This document shows positions 1 to 10,881 of a stretch of 64,000 nucleotides of DNA, in pieces (the stretch's first letter is position 1; every line of letters begins with the position of its first letter). Source of the stretch: Patescibacteria group bacterium (GTDB taxonomy: Bacteria; Patescibacteriota; Microgenomatia; 2-02-FULL-39-11); contig JAMCUI010000019.1 of NCBI GenBank assembly GCA_023379265.1, positions 9,233-73,232 on the forward strand, written 5' to 3'. The translations under genes were made by a program, and so were the position numbers. The notes beneath the pieces are model-generated. The model saw nothing but the letters and a program-made list of their open reading frames with translations, had not been told where the DNA came from and did not search any database.

Positions 1-892
<892 letters not shown>

Positions 893-1037
893 TTTTAAGG
901 CTAAAGATGGGACTTATTTCATTCTGTTCACTTTTTAAGGAGCAATAATTAGCGTTTAGCGTCTAGGGTATAGCGTAGAGCTTGAAAAAAAACTAAGCGC
1001 TAGAAGCTAATAACTAGATACTATTTTTTGTGTTTGA

Positions 1038-1152
1038 GCCTTTCGGTCTCTAGTGCGGAGCGGTACTACCTCTTCCCATTCCGAACAGAGTCGTCAAACA
1101 CTCCAGCGCCTACGATAGTGACTGCGCAAGCGGTTGCGAAAATAGGTCGAGG
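1038..1152 (+). rRNA. rrf: 5S rRNA (ends approximate, +/-15 nt)
   Basis: CCCATTCCGAACAGAG at 1074-1089 matches the conserved 5S loop motif CCCATGCCGAACTCAG. It sits about 150 nt downstream of the 23S end, and the total length fits about 115 nt. Confidence 0.6.
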
Positions 1153-1154
1153 CC

Positions 1155-1254
1155 GGGGGACTCAGACACAAAATAAATGATTCCAAATCAATCGATCTCA
1201 GAGTGTTATTTGGTATAAGTCCGAAAGTTCTGGGGGACTCAGACACAAAATAAG
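1155..1254. repeat. Two perfect 22-bp direct repeats GGGGGACTCAGACACAAAATAA (1155-1176 and 1233-1254), 56 bp apart, just after 5S
   Basis: Exact string match read directly from the sequence. Confidence 0.9.
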
Positions 1255-1343
1255 AACTGAAGTCAGATATATATAGATTGAATATTAAAACATCAAGATT
1301 TATAATCTGATTATTCTATAGAAGAAAGGCGGTAAAATGCGAA

Positions 1344-2498
1344 GTGGTCAAAAAACAAACAACAAAAAACTCTAAATCATCTATTGACGAAGACAAAGCA
1401 ATAAAAACCTCTCAAAGGAATTCTTCATCCAAGATTCAAAAAGAGCCACAGACCATGGAAGAACTTTTAGCCCAGACAGGGGGGATTCATATTGGGTTAA
1501 AAAAAGGCGAGACGGTGGAAGGTACCGTAGTTTCTGTTTCCTCAAAAGAGGTACTTATTGATATAGGTAAGAAAAGTTATGGCATTATTGCCAATTGGGA
1601 ATTGGAACAGGTGAAAGATTATGCGGCCACGCTTAAAGTTGGGGATAAAATAACAGCACAGGTAGTAAATTCTGAGAACGATATGGGTTATGCAGTTCTT
1701 TCCGTACGCAAGACTTCAACGGAAAGAAGATGGGTAATCCTGAATGAGAAGAAAGAGAGTGGAGAAGAGATTGAGGTGAATGGTCTCGAGATTGCAAAAG
1801 GTGGACTTCTTGTAGAATGGCAGAGCCTACGTGGTTTTATCCCTGCCACACAGTTGGATTCCTCATTTTCTTCAAATCCGGCAACATTAATAGGTAAAAC
1901 CATTAAAGTCAAGGTGTTGGAAGTAGATCAATCTCTTAATAGACTGGTCTTATCACAAAAAGCAGCCAGTTTGGGTGTTTCTCCGGTAATGCTCAAGGAA
2001 AAGCTGAACAAGATAAAACCAAATGATGTACTCAAGGGTATAATCTCAGGTATAGCTCCATTTGGACTTTTTGTTGATATAGAGGGATTGGAAGGTCTAG
2101 TACATATTTCAGAGATTGCTTGGGAAAAAGTGGAGAATCCGGGAAATCTATATAAGGTTGGAGACAAGGTTGAAATAATGGTGATAGATGTAAACCAGAA
2201 TGAAGGCAAGTTGAATCTTTCCATAAAGAGATTGACACCTGATCCCTGGAAAAATATACTTGACCGTTATCCGCCTGAATCAACAGTGTCAGGAAAAGTA
2301 GTCAGGATTGCGCCGTATGGTGTTTTTGTCCATGTCGAGACTGGAATAGAAGGTCTTATTCATATAAGTAAAATTCCTGCTGGAGGAGAACCTAAAATAG
2401 GAGAAGAGATTAAGTGTATCGTAGAAAATATCGACCCAGTTAAGCGTAAAATTTCCCTTACCCTTGTTCCCCACGAAAAACCAGTTGGTTACAGGTAA
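1344..2498 (+). CDS. S1 RNA-binding domain protein (ribosomal protein S1-like, about 4 S1 repeats) with a Lys/Ser-rich N-terminus
   Basis: Repeated S1-fold segments (GxxVxGxVxxI..GLFVDI, HISEIAW, GLIHISKI). GTG start in the ORF track; an in-frame ATG at 1455 is an alternative start. Confidence 0.7.
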   Translation: MVKKQTTKNSKSSIDEDKAIKTSQRNSSSKIQKEPQTMEELLAQTGGIHIGLKKGETVEGTVVSVSSKEVLIDIGKKSYGIIANWELEQVKDYAATLKVGDKITAQVVNSENDMGYAVLSVRKTSTERRWVILNEKKESGEEIEVNGLEIAKGGLLVEWQSLRGFIPATQLDSSFSSNPATLIGKTIKVKVLEVDQSLNRLVLSQKAASLGVSPVMLKEKLNKIKPNDVLKGIISGIAPFGLFVDIEGLEGLVHISEIAWEKVENPGNLYKVGDKVEIMVIDVNQNEGKLNLSIKRLTPDPWKNILDRYPPESTVSGKVVRIAPYGVFVHVETGIEGLIHISKIPAGGEPKIGEEIKCIVENIDPVKRKISLTLVPHEKPVGYR

Positions 2499-2543
2499 AT
2501 TCGCTGTTGCATTGCTTCCTCATAAAATTGTAACATTCAGCTG

Positions 2544-3857
2544 ATGAGTCCACGTTCTCAATTTATATGCCAGCAGTGTGGTTATAAAAGCCCCTCTTTT
2601 TTAGGCAGATGCCCCAATTGCGGCAGCTGGAATAGCCTGGTGGAATCAGTTGAAACTTACCAAAACGGTCCTGCATGGGTGAAGAAAAATAAACGAGATA
2701 GAGTTTTTGGTAATAAAGCGATTCAACTATCTAGCGTTAAAGTGTCAAAGGTTAATCGAATCACTACGGGAATAAAAGAAGTGGATCAGGTCCTGGGTGG
2801 CGGACTTGTTCCAGGATCTCTGGTTCTTCTTGCTGGAGACCCGGGAATTGGCAAATCCACACTGACGCTGCAGATTATTTCCAATATAGGCGGTTTATAT
2901 GTGTCGGGTGAGGAATCACCAGCTCAGGTGAAATTGAGGGCAGAGCGGCTAAAAGTAAGGAGTGAAAAGATTCGGGTACTTGCCGAGACAAATGTAGAAG
3001 CGATTATTGAAGGATCGCTTGCAAGCTTAAAAGATACAAGTCTTCTTATTGTTGATTCCATCCAGACTCTCTGGTCAGAGGAACTATCTGGAGCCCCAGG
3101 CGCCATAGGTCAGGTGCGGGAAAGTACACTAAAGCTTCTGGAATTTGCAAAAAGAGAGCATATTCCCGTAATTCTTATCGGTCATGTGACTAAAGAGGGT
3201 ACTATTGCCGGGCCTAAAACACTTGAACACATTGTGGATACAGTTTTGTATCTTGAGGGTGAAAGGTTTCAATCTCTAAGACTATTAAGGACCAGTAAAA
3301 ACCGTTTTGGACCTGTAGATGAGGTAGGTGTGTTTTCCATGGAAGATTCCGGGATGAAAGAGGTGACAAACCCGTCGGAACTTTTTTTAGGAAAAGATAA
3401 GTGTGCGGCCGGATCGGTTGTTATCGCCACTCTTGAAGGAACAAGACCTTTACTTGTTGAAGTACAGGCACTTACTGTTGCGTCACAATTGCCGCTTCCA
3501 CGGCGAGTGGGTACAGGAATAAATAACACTAGATTGCAGATGCTGGTTGCAATATTACAAAAACACTTGAGATTGCCTTTAGGAAAGTTTGATATTTTTG
3601 TAAATGTGGCATCGGGAATAAAAGTCTTTGAGCCGGCAGCTGATTTGGGTATTTGTCTCTCAATTATATCTTCATTTAAGAACAAACCGTTTTCAGCACA
3701 AACTGTAGCAATAGGGGAGGTAGGGCTTTTGGGAGAAATAAGAAACGTGATAGGTCTTGAAAGAAGGATAAAAGAAGCAAAAAAACTGGGATTTGAGAAT
3801 ATAATTTCTCCTCGAATATATAATCACATCAAGGATACTTCAAAATTATTAAACTGA
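2544..3857 (+). CDS. radA: DNA repair protein RadA/Sms
   Basis: N-terminal C4 zinc finger (CQQCGYKSPSFLGRCPNCGSWNS), Walker A GDPGIGKST, the RadA-specific KNRFG motif, and a C-terminal Lon-protease-like domain. Confidence 0.9.
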   Translation: MSPRSQFICQQCGYKSPSFLGRCPNCGSWNSLVESVETYQNGPAWVKKNKRDRVFGNKAIQLSSVKVSKVNRITTGIKEVDQVLGGGLVPGSLVLLAGDPGIGKSTLTLQIISNIGGLYVSGEESPAQVKLRAERLKVRSEKIRVLAETNVEAIIEGSLASLKDTSLLIVDSIQTLWSEELSGAPGAIGQVRESTLKLLEFAKREHIPVILIGHVTKEGTIAGPKTLEHIVDTVLYLEGERFQSLRLLRTSKNRFGPVDEVGVFSMEDSGMKEVTNPSELFLGKDKCAAGSVVIATLEGTRPLLVEVQALTVASQLPLPRRVGTGINNTRLQMLVAILQKHLRLPLGKFDIFVNVASGIKVFEPAADLGICLSIISSFKNKPFSAQTVAIGEVGLLGEIRNVIGLERRIKEAKKLGFENIISPRIYNHIKDTSKLLN

Positions 3858-4265
3858 TTTGTTATTCTTTTTCAGGAGTCCTGTATAACTGTACATCACG
3901 TCTTCGATACCGAATTTTTTAGACACTTCTTCTCCTTCTGTATTCCTTTATACTTGTCACGTAATATTTTCTCTTATGGAAAATTGAAACCTGGTTGCAT
4001 TTAGTATGGTCTTCAAAATTGGTCTCTTCAGTTGCTGATTGTCTTTTTCGTTTCAACCGCATAGTAGAAGATATCCCTTTTTTGACACTTTTTCTATCAA
4101 CATAGTTATCAACATGGAAGTATCTATTATATATATGCTTGTTACAGAGCTCTATAACCTCTTGTAAATACTATAGGTATATAGGAAATTCCTTCTTTTA
4201 CCACTATAGGGTCTTGACAAGCAGTTTTAGACATGCTAGCATAAATTTATTGAGGCTATTTGAAT

Positions 4266-4418
4266 ATGATTAAGAAGTTTATAAGTAGACTATTTTCGGG
4301 TAAAAGGAGAGAGACAAAACCAAGAGATTTTGAGTGGGAAAAATTCAGAAGTACTGCTAAAGAGCAATTTACTAGATTAAAGGAGAAGGGATTGAGCATT
4401 CCAGTAGTAACCTTATAG
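4266..4418 (+). CDS. Candidate small basic protein (51 aa), hypothetical
   Basis: ATG ORF below the ORF-track size cutoff. It is preceded by TTGACA (4214-4219), 17 bp, TAGCAT, and a GAGG 9 nt upstream. A 14-bp-stem hairpin at 4452-4502 follows. Weak overall. Confidence 0.2.
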   Translation: MIKKFISRLFSGKRRETKPRDFEWEKFRSTAKEQFTRLKEKGLSIPVVTL

Positions 4419-5030
4419 AGCAGGAAGGCATTACAGAAAAAAAGAGCATCACTAACGCTAGCGGACGAAGGGCTACGATTAGTAATGCTCTTTTATATTG
4501 GGATTGACCACCTATTGAGCAGGAATGGCCAAAACCCTTGTGCAGATATTTACCATAATATAATTTTTTCTGTCAAATTTATTTTCACGCCTGAAAATTA
4601 AGTTTTTGATTGTTGCAGTAAGATATATTTAGTTTTATTTTTTAGTGTTAATCGCCACATATAGACACTACTAGTAGAGTTCTTGTATTATTTCTTCATA
4701 CATCATTTTCAAAGGTTCGTTGGATGAGCTGATTGCTTGACATTGATAGATTGCGGTGATAGAATAGCGCGCTAGTAGTTCATCTTTTGGAGTTTTGGTG
4801 AATTTTGGGTTTAACATTTTTCTGTCCTTTGGATAAAAATAAGGACATTCAGTAAAATTCATGAAAAAAATATTGCCCATTAAACTGATTGTCGAAAAAA
4901 GTCTTAATTTCGCTCTGGCTGTGGCTCGGTAATTTCGGGCCGCCCGGAGTTTTTGGTTTTCTAAGGGGAAAATAGGCTATAACACAGAAAATTTGTTGAG
5001 GAAATTTCCAGTGTAAGGGTGATTAATATT

Positions 5031-5097
5031 CTGGTTTTTAGTGGGGGATCAGATGTAGGGCAGGCGTCTGATCTCCCACTAAGAACCAGATTTTTTA
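5031..5097 (+). terminator. Rho-independent terminator, + orientation
   Basis: 23-bp stem (CTGGTTTTTAGTGGGGGATCAGA / TCTGATCTCCCACTAAGAACCAG, 2 mismatches), 13-nt loop, then ATTTTTTAAAG. Confidence 0.55.
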
Positions 5098-5110
5098 AAG
5101 TAAGAAATCC

Positions 5111-7567
5111 TCAAAGCGGATTTATGGTAGGTGAGACTTTTATAATTTTAGTGTTTCCGCTTTGAAAAACTACTGTTCCCAGCTGCAAAAGTTTTGTTTC
5201 ATCCAGATTTTTGTATTTTTCCCGTTCCAATGTCCCGTCAAAAATATATTCCACATCATATTTCTGCAATATGCCTTTGGTTAAGTTTATGTCTGGAGAT
5301 TCATAAAGTGCCGCAACCTCAGGAATTCTTCGTCCTGCCTCATCATAGCTGCCTCTCCAGAGCCATTCATGGACTGGCCAGCCTATGATAGTGGGAAGTC
5401 CCGTGTTGGCCGATACACGGGCGTAGTCGGTATATGAGTCACCGTTTGCTTCAGCAATTACCGGATGGTTATTGCATTGACTTTGATTGTTACGACACTT
5501 TATGTTCTGTCGAAGCCAAATAATAGCTTTGTAATCATCGGGATATTGAGAGGAGAACCAATTCAACCCAAATAATCCGTGATAAGTCTGTAGCCCTCCG
5601 TAATACGAATTGATGGCAAAGTACGGGTAAACTCCAACCAGAACAAAGAGGAATATAAAAAGAGAATTATAGAGTATAAAACGTAAGGTTTTCTTTGCTT
5701 GGGGTATGATATCTTTTGCCCGAAAAGCGATAAAAGAGCTGCAAAGACCCAACATAATAAATGCTTGATATCCGAGCTTAAACATAGTATTGGCTCTGTA
5801 ATGCATAGGATAGATATCTTTCATGTAGAAAAATTCAGGAAAGATAAGAAGGAGAGTAGAGACAAATATCATAATAAGAATAAGCATATCCACTGGGGTT
5901 AATCCTTTTATAAGAGTAAGTCTGGCAAAAAAGCTGTCGAAAAGACCAATAGATTCATTTTTATTTCTATTCTCGGCAAATTTTTCATCAGTACGGTGTT
6001 GAAATATTCCAGTAAAAAATGATTTTATAGCCGGCAGTATGATGATAAAGAGGTATCCTATGACATTGAAATAGAAAAATCCCCACAATATTGCCAGCAT
6101 CCAAAGAGGGGATTTTTGGCATTTGCCTACTTCAAAAAGTAATGGACCTATCTTTTTACCCAAAAGGGAAGAAGGTGCGCATAGGACGCCTATACCTGAG
6201 ACGAAGGGTTTAAAGTTTAGGGAAAAAGGAAGGTTGGCAACAAGGAAAAAGAACAGAAGAAAAAGACATGCAGAGAAAGTTTTATATATAATTCCGGCCA
6301 GTGTCAGTGATGAATCCTGAAACTTTTTGCGTAAATTCTTATATAAAATTACCAAGCCAGTAAGTATCATATAAATTAATCCATCCCAGGCATTGGTCAT
6401 ATACATGACTGATAGAAGTATTCCCAACAGAAATATGTTTGCTAGAGGGATAGATGTATGTTCTTCAAATTCACGCAGGAAATTATTAAAGAAGGAAAAT
6501 CCCATAATCTTCTCTTTTTTAAGTTCAGACTGTTTCCCTTCGACCTTCCTATCCTCCTTGGTGATAATGGCCAGAAGTATTGCTAGCGTAAAGAGGACAA
6601 AAGGGATATCCGAAACATGACCGTGAAGGTCAGCTACCACAAAAGAATAGATCGGGAATTCGTGAATGGTAAAGGGTATAAAGCGCGTAGCATTGGGATA
6701 CCAATAGCGTTCAGGGTAATATCCTAATGGTAATTGCCAAGGAGGAACCGGATGGTCTACTAGGTAATTGGTGGTAAATACGTAAATTGTATGTAGGTTA
6801 CCACCGAGTGTAACAAGAAACGCAGCCAGAATTCCGGCTAGAAAGATACGAAAACCCAAACGGCTTGGTTTCTTGTCATTTTTCATATCAGGTTTTTGGG
6901 AATTATCGGAATGAGATTTTTTGTGAAGTGAATATAAATTCAGACCCAGTGAAAAAGAAAGGACAAGCGTCAGGGCAAAAAGAGTGGCTATCGAGAGGTT
7001 GTACGTAATTGTTGAGTCGATGTTGGAAAGTTTTGTCAGGAAAGCGGTAATATAATGCCCGAAGTAATAATAGTTTATGAAATATCCACCTGAATAATCA
7101 GGAGATTTAGCCAACCACATATCAAGCGGGGGGAAATAGCGTGACCGCAAAATGGAGTTGACAAAGCCGAAATCCATGAATTTTTCCAGCCCGTGTATAG
7201 AAGGCTCGGTGGCTCTGACAAATGACCAGAAGGAAAGAGCTGTCAGAAAAAGGCTCTCTTCAAAAAGGAAAAGCCCAAATGGTAATTTTGTTAGTAAATC
7301 TTTCTGGTGCATCCATCTAATTAGGAATATTGAGGATAAGAAGCCTCCTAGAAGAATAAGGATAATTGTAGTCTGAGTAAAAGGTAGAATTCTGGTGCTT
7401 GCCAGAAACCATACTGAGTACGAAGCAATCAAAATTCCTAATACTTTGGTGAATATATACCCCTTATCAGCAAATCTGTTTAGAAGAAGAAGCGTAAATG
7501 GCAGAAAAGCCGTACCAACGACAAAAATTGTCAGCCACCAGACTATTACATAAGAGGCATCAGACAT
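5111..7567 (-). CDS. Large polytopic membrane protein of the Chlor_Arch_YYY / DUF2298 type; putative GT-C-like glycosyltransferase
   Basis: 818 aa with about 14 or more hydrophobic helices. The FINYYYFGHY tyrosine-triplet motif is recalled from that family; not verified by search. Confidence 0.55.
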   Translation of the reverse strand: MSDASYVIVWWLTIFVVGTAFLPFTLLLLNRFADKGYIFTKVLGILIASYSVWFLASTRILPFTQTTIILILLGGFLSSIFLIRWMHQKDLLTKLPFGLFLFEESLFLTALSFWSFVRATEPSIHGLEKFMDFGFVNSILRSRYFPPLDMWLAKSPDYSGGYFINYYYFGHYITAFLTKLSNIDSTITYNLSIATLFALTLVLSFSLGLNLYSLHKKSHSDNSQKPDMKNDKKPSRLGFRIFLAGILAAFLVTLGGNLHTIYVFTTNYLVDHPVPPWQLPLGYYPERYWYPNATRFIPFTIHEFPIYSFVVADLHGHVSDIPFVLFTLAILLAIITKEDRKVEGKQSELKKEKIMGFSFFNNFLREFEEHTSIPLANIFLLGILLSVMYMTNAWDGLIYMILTGLVILYKNLRKKFQDSSLTLAGIIYKTFSACLFLLFFFLVANLPFSLNFKPFVSGIGVLCAPSSLLGKKIGPLLFEVGKCQKSPLWMLAILWGFFYFNVIGYLFIIILPAIKSFFTGIFQHRTDEKFAENRNKNESIGLFDSFFARLTLIKGLTPVDMLILIMIFVSTLLLIFPEFFYMKDIYPMHYRANTMFKLGYQAFIMLGLCSSFIAFRAKDIIPQAKKTLRFILYNSLFIFLFVLVGVYPYFAINSYYGGLQTYHGLFGLNWFSSQYPDDYKAIIWLRQNIKCRNNQSQCNNHPVIAEANGDSYTDYARVSANTGLPTIIGWPVHEWLWRGSYDEAGRRIPEVAALYESPDINLTKGILQKYDVEYIFDGTLEREKYKNLDETKLLQLGTVVFQSGNTKIIKVSPTINPL

Positions 7568-7660
7568 AATTTTTATGGGGATAAAAGATACAAGATTATT
7601 CCTTCAAATCCGTCTTTTTATTATAATCCATTTTGGGAAAGCTTTTAAGAATTAAAACAT

Positions 7661-7695
7661 CCATACGCCAGAGAAATATTATCTTTGGCGTATGG
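7661..7695 (-). terminator. Hairpin terminator downstream of the htrA-RR-HK operon
   Basis: CCATACGCCA ... TGGCGTATGG, a 10-bp perfect stem with a 15-nt loop. T-rich runs flank it on both sides, so it could act bidirectionally. Confidence 0.4.
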
Positions 7696-7874
7696 TATGG
7701 ATTGTGGGAATGTTTTTAATTTTTCAAGTAGGTGGTCCAATCATATTTGATCATCTCCTTTCCTATATAATATAAACTTTTTAGATGGGAAGAACATGAA
7801 CTGTGTTTGGGAAATGTTGGAGCTTTTAGGTTTATTCTTCGAAGAAATCACTGGATTTAGCCCGGAGGACTCCC

Positions 7875-8888
7875 CTATAGAAGTGGAAAAGAGGCGGTAA
7901 ATGTGCTACCTTTTCCTATGGCGGAGTGCAACGTAAGGTTGCCATTGTGAATTTCGGCAATAGTCTTGGCGATGGAAAGTCCCAATCCGTAACCTCTGGT
8001 TTGCCACCGTGAGGAATTAGAACGGTAAAAACGGTCAAAAATCCTTTCCTGATCCTCCTTGGGGATACCTTTACCCATATCCTTAACTGATACAGATGCC
8101 TGCTTATTTTTATTTTTTATCGTAATAGTGATAGCGGTATTGGAAGGAGAGTATTTTATTGCGTTGTCAATAAGGTTGGTAAAAAGTTGTTCAAGAAGTG
8201 AAGAATTGCCTTTCATGGTTATGCTTTCTGGGGGATATTTTACTTTGCAGCTGATATTGTTTTTTTTGAAAAAAAAACGTCTTGAAGCAACGGCCCGGCC
8301 CACAGGATCGGCTATATCCAACTCTTGCATTGTAGTTCTAAATGCAGTGTCATCATGTTGTGCGAGTATTAGGAGATTTCTGACTAGCGTTGCCAGTCTG
8401 GCGATTTCTCCGTTTATAGTACGCAGAGTCTTTTCATGATAGGGTATGGACCTTTTTTGTTGGAGAGCTACTTCTATTTCGCTTGCGGCGATAGTTAAGG
8501 GAGTGCGCAGTTCGTGTGAAGCGTCTGAGACAAACTGATTCTGCTTCTCAAGCATGGTAAGGATGGGGGATAGGGTTTGTTTTGCCAAAATAAATGAGGC
8601 AACAGGGATAAAAAACAATAGAATGGAATTTATAATAAGGAGAGCTTCCCTGATATTTTCCAGGGTGACTTCGGTTGCTTTAAGAATTAGAGTTTCGTCT
8701 TCTTCTATAAAAGGACGTAAGGGCTTCCCCAAGTTTCCGTTTTGTGCACGTTCCTTTACATTTGCAATATAATTTTTTCCAAAAGACCGATCAAGATAGA
8801 AATAAAGCCCCAGGCTGAAAGTCCAAAAAAGAAGAAAGAAAAGAAAAGAATAAAGAATAGTGAGTTTGATAACTGAGCGTTTGAACAT
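7875..8888 (-). CDS. Sensor histidine kinase
   Basis: Two N-terminal TM helices, H-box SHELRTPLT, and an ATPase G-box GLGLSIAKTIAEIHNG. Confidence 0.85.
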   Translation of the reverse strand: MFKRSVIKLTILYSFLFFLLFWTFSLGLYFYLDRSFGKNYIANVKERAQNGNLGKPLRPFIEEDETLILKATEVTLENIREALLIINSILLFFIPVASFILAKQTLSPILTMLEKQNQFVSDASHELRTPLTIAASEIEVALQQKRSIPYHEKTLRTINGEIARLATLVRNLLILAQHDDTAFRTTMQELDIADPVGRAVASRRFFFKKNNISCKVKYPPESITMKGNSSLLEQLFTNLIDNAIKYSPSNTAITITIKNKNKQASVSVKDMGKGIPKEDQERIFDRFYRSNSSRWQTRGYGLGLSIAKTIAEIHNGNLTLHSAIGKGSTFTASFPLL

Positions 8889-8907
8889 GGGAAGAATAAA
8901 CTATGGC

Positions 8908-9579
8908 TTATACTTTTAGTATATATCCAGTTCCGCGCAGGGTGTGAATGAGTTCTTTGGATTGTGGGGAAACATGTAGTTTTTTCCTCAGGTATTTGAC
9001 ATAAGTTTCAACAATATTTGAAAATCCTTCATAATTATAATCCCAGACGTGTTCTAGAATCTGGGTTTTGGTCAGTACCCGGTTTTGGTTTCTCATAAAA
9101 TAATCAAAAAGAGCATATTCCCTACTGGTAAAAACAATAGTCTTTCCTTCGCGCTGCACCAATCTTGTAGCAGGATTCAGTGTTACGTCGTCAATTTTCA
9201 GAACTGGGGGGTCAGCTTTGTTTCCCCGCCTCAACAGAGCTCTTATTCGAGCAGTAAGCTCTATATATGAAAATGGTTTGGTAAGATAATCATCAGCTCC
9301 TTCATCCAGCCCTTTTATCTTGTCCTCAATGCCACCTTTTGCGGTCAAGATGATAATCGGTATATTGGTATTATTTCTTCTTATGGTTTTGAGGACTGAG
9401 AGGCCGTCTATTTTGGGTAACATGAGATCCAGTATAATAATGTCGTATTCGTTTATATCAAATTTTTCCAGGCCTTCCTCCCCATCTAGAGCAATATCTA
9501 CAGCATAACCTTCCTCAAGTAGCCCGCGTCTCAGGACATGTACCAGTTTCTTTTCGTCTTCAATAATCAATATTTGCAT
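8908..9579 (-). CDS. OmpR/PhoB-family response regulator
   Basis: Receiver domain (DLMLPKIDG with the conserved Asp/Lys) and a C-terminal winged-helix domain (TxxEYALFDYFMRNQNRVLTKTQILEHVWD). Confidence 0.9.
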   Translation of the reverse strand: MQILIIEDEKKLVHVLRRGLLEEGYAVDIALDGEEGLEKFDINEYDIIILDLMLPKIDGLSVLKTIRRNNTNIPIIILTAKGGIEDKIKGLDEGADDYLTKPFSYIELTARIRALLRRGNKADPPVLKIDDVTLNPATRLVQREGKTIVFTSREYALFDYFMRNQNRVLTKTQILEHVWDYNYEGFSNIVETYVKYLRKKLHVSPQSKELIHTLRGTGYILKV

Positions 9580-9626
9580 AAGTTTGCTAAATGTGAGTCG
9601 TTATAAAGCTTATAATTCATACTTTG

Positions 9627-10763
9627 CTAATTTGCAGATCCGATAGTAACATTTAATGATAAAGTTTTTCCGTTTCTCCATACAGCCACTTTTATTTTTT
9701 CTCCTACCCTTTGTTTGAGTACTATTTGTGACAATTCCTGGTTGTTGCCTTGGATGCTGGATCCGGCAAATTCAGTGATAATATCTCCTTGCTGAATTCC
9801 TCCTTTATCGGCGGGAGATCCAGTCACGATGCTGATTACATAGGCTCCTTGAGGCACATCGTTCATAAGAGCCAATTGCTGATCTATCATTTTGTAGCGT
9901 ACTCCCAAAAAGGGTTGTTGGAAATTATCGCCTGTTTTCTGGAAGTTGGAAAGAAGTGTTTTTACTGAATTTATGGGGATGGCGAAACCAATATTTTGTC
10001 CACTTTGGGCAATGGCGGTATTTATCCCTATTGCTTGTCCGTTGGAATTGAGAAGCGGTCCTCCTGAGTTGCCAGGGTTTATAGCAGCATCGGTTTGAAT
10101 GACGTTATTTAGTTTTTCTACAGATCCTTCAAGCGGAGAACCAGCCGTAATGCCTCTTCCTAAACCGGAGATGATGCCTGAGGTGACTGTATTGTTGAAT
10201 TCACCAAGAGGAGTACCGATAGCAACTACCAATTGTCCTAGCTCCAGGTTTGAAGAGTCTCCAAGAGGAAGCGGTTTGAGACCTGAAGCATTTATTTTCA
10301 GAATTGCCAGATCGTTGAGGGGATCGCGGTAAATTTTTGCCACATCATATTTCTTATTGTCATTGGTGACTATCTGGTAAGCGGCGTTAGTGTCAGAAAC
10401 GACATGCTTATTTGTAATAATCATTCCATCAGATGTTACTATAAATCCAGATCCAATATTCTGCTGGATTTTTTGAGTCTCTCCCGGCAGTTGCTGAAAA
10501 GGGGAAAAAGGATTGAAGGGATTAAATTCGATACTGCCTGGGTTGGTTTGCGTAGTACTTATTCCTACAGTGACCACCGAAGGAAGCGAATCTTTAACCA
10601 CTTTTGTTATTACGGATTGTTCATAGACTACTGTTTGTTTTGTAGAGTGGGGGAGGAGACTTGATTGGTTCTGGAATTGCGAGGAAAGATTGGATGTGTT
10701 TATGCCTAATCCAACTAAAATTCCCAAAAGAACCAAAATTGAGGCAATAATAATTTTTTTCAT
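9627..10763 (-). CDS. htrA: HtrA/DegP-family serine protease with a C-terminal PDZ domain
   Basis: Signal/TM anchor, trypsin-fold catalytic motif GNSGGPLLN, and a PDZ-like C-terminus. Confidence 0.85.
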   Translation of the reverse strand: MKKIIIASILVLLGILVGLGINTSNLSSQFQNQSSLLPHSTKQTVVYEQSVITKVVKDSLPSVVTVGISTTQTNPGSIEFNPFNPFSPFQQLPGETQKIQQNIGSGFIVTSDGMIITNKHVVSDTNAAYQIVTNDNKKYDVAKIYRDPLNDLAILKINASGLKPLPLGDSSNLELGQLVVAIGTPLGEFNNTVTSGIISGLGRGITAGSPLEGSVEKLNNVIQTDAAINPGNSGGPLLNSNGQAIGINTAIAQSGQNIGFAIPINSVKTLLSNFQKTGDNFQQPFLGVRYKMIDQQLALMNDVPQGAYVISIVTGSPADKGGIQQGDIITEFAGSSIQGNNQELSQIVLKQRVGEKIKVAVWRNGKTLSLNVTIGSAN

Positions 10764-10881
10764 ACGTCTATATTAGGTTTAGAAGATGAGAATAACATGA
10801 GAGATATGTGGTTTCTGTAAGTAATGTTTGCATAGAAGCTATACGGACGATTGGAGTGTTACATGCTATAATGCAAAGCTA

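Noticed and set aside
1688-2474. Several - strand ORFs (1688-1912, 1928-2224, 2032-2283, 2289-2474)
   Set aside because: They are antisense to the S1-domain protein gene, with low-complexity translations.
5194-7376. Short + strand ORFs inside 5111-7567
   Set aside because: They are antisense to the long 818-aa membrane-protein ORF, which has coherent TM-helix structure.
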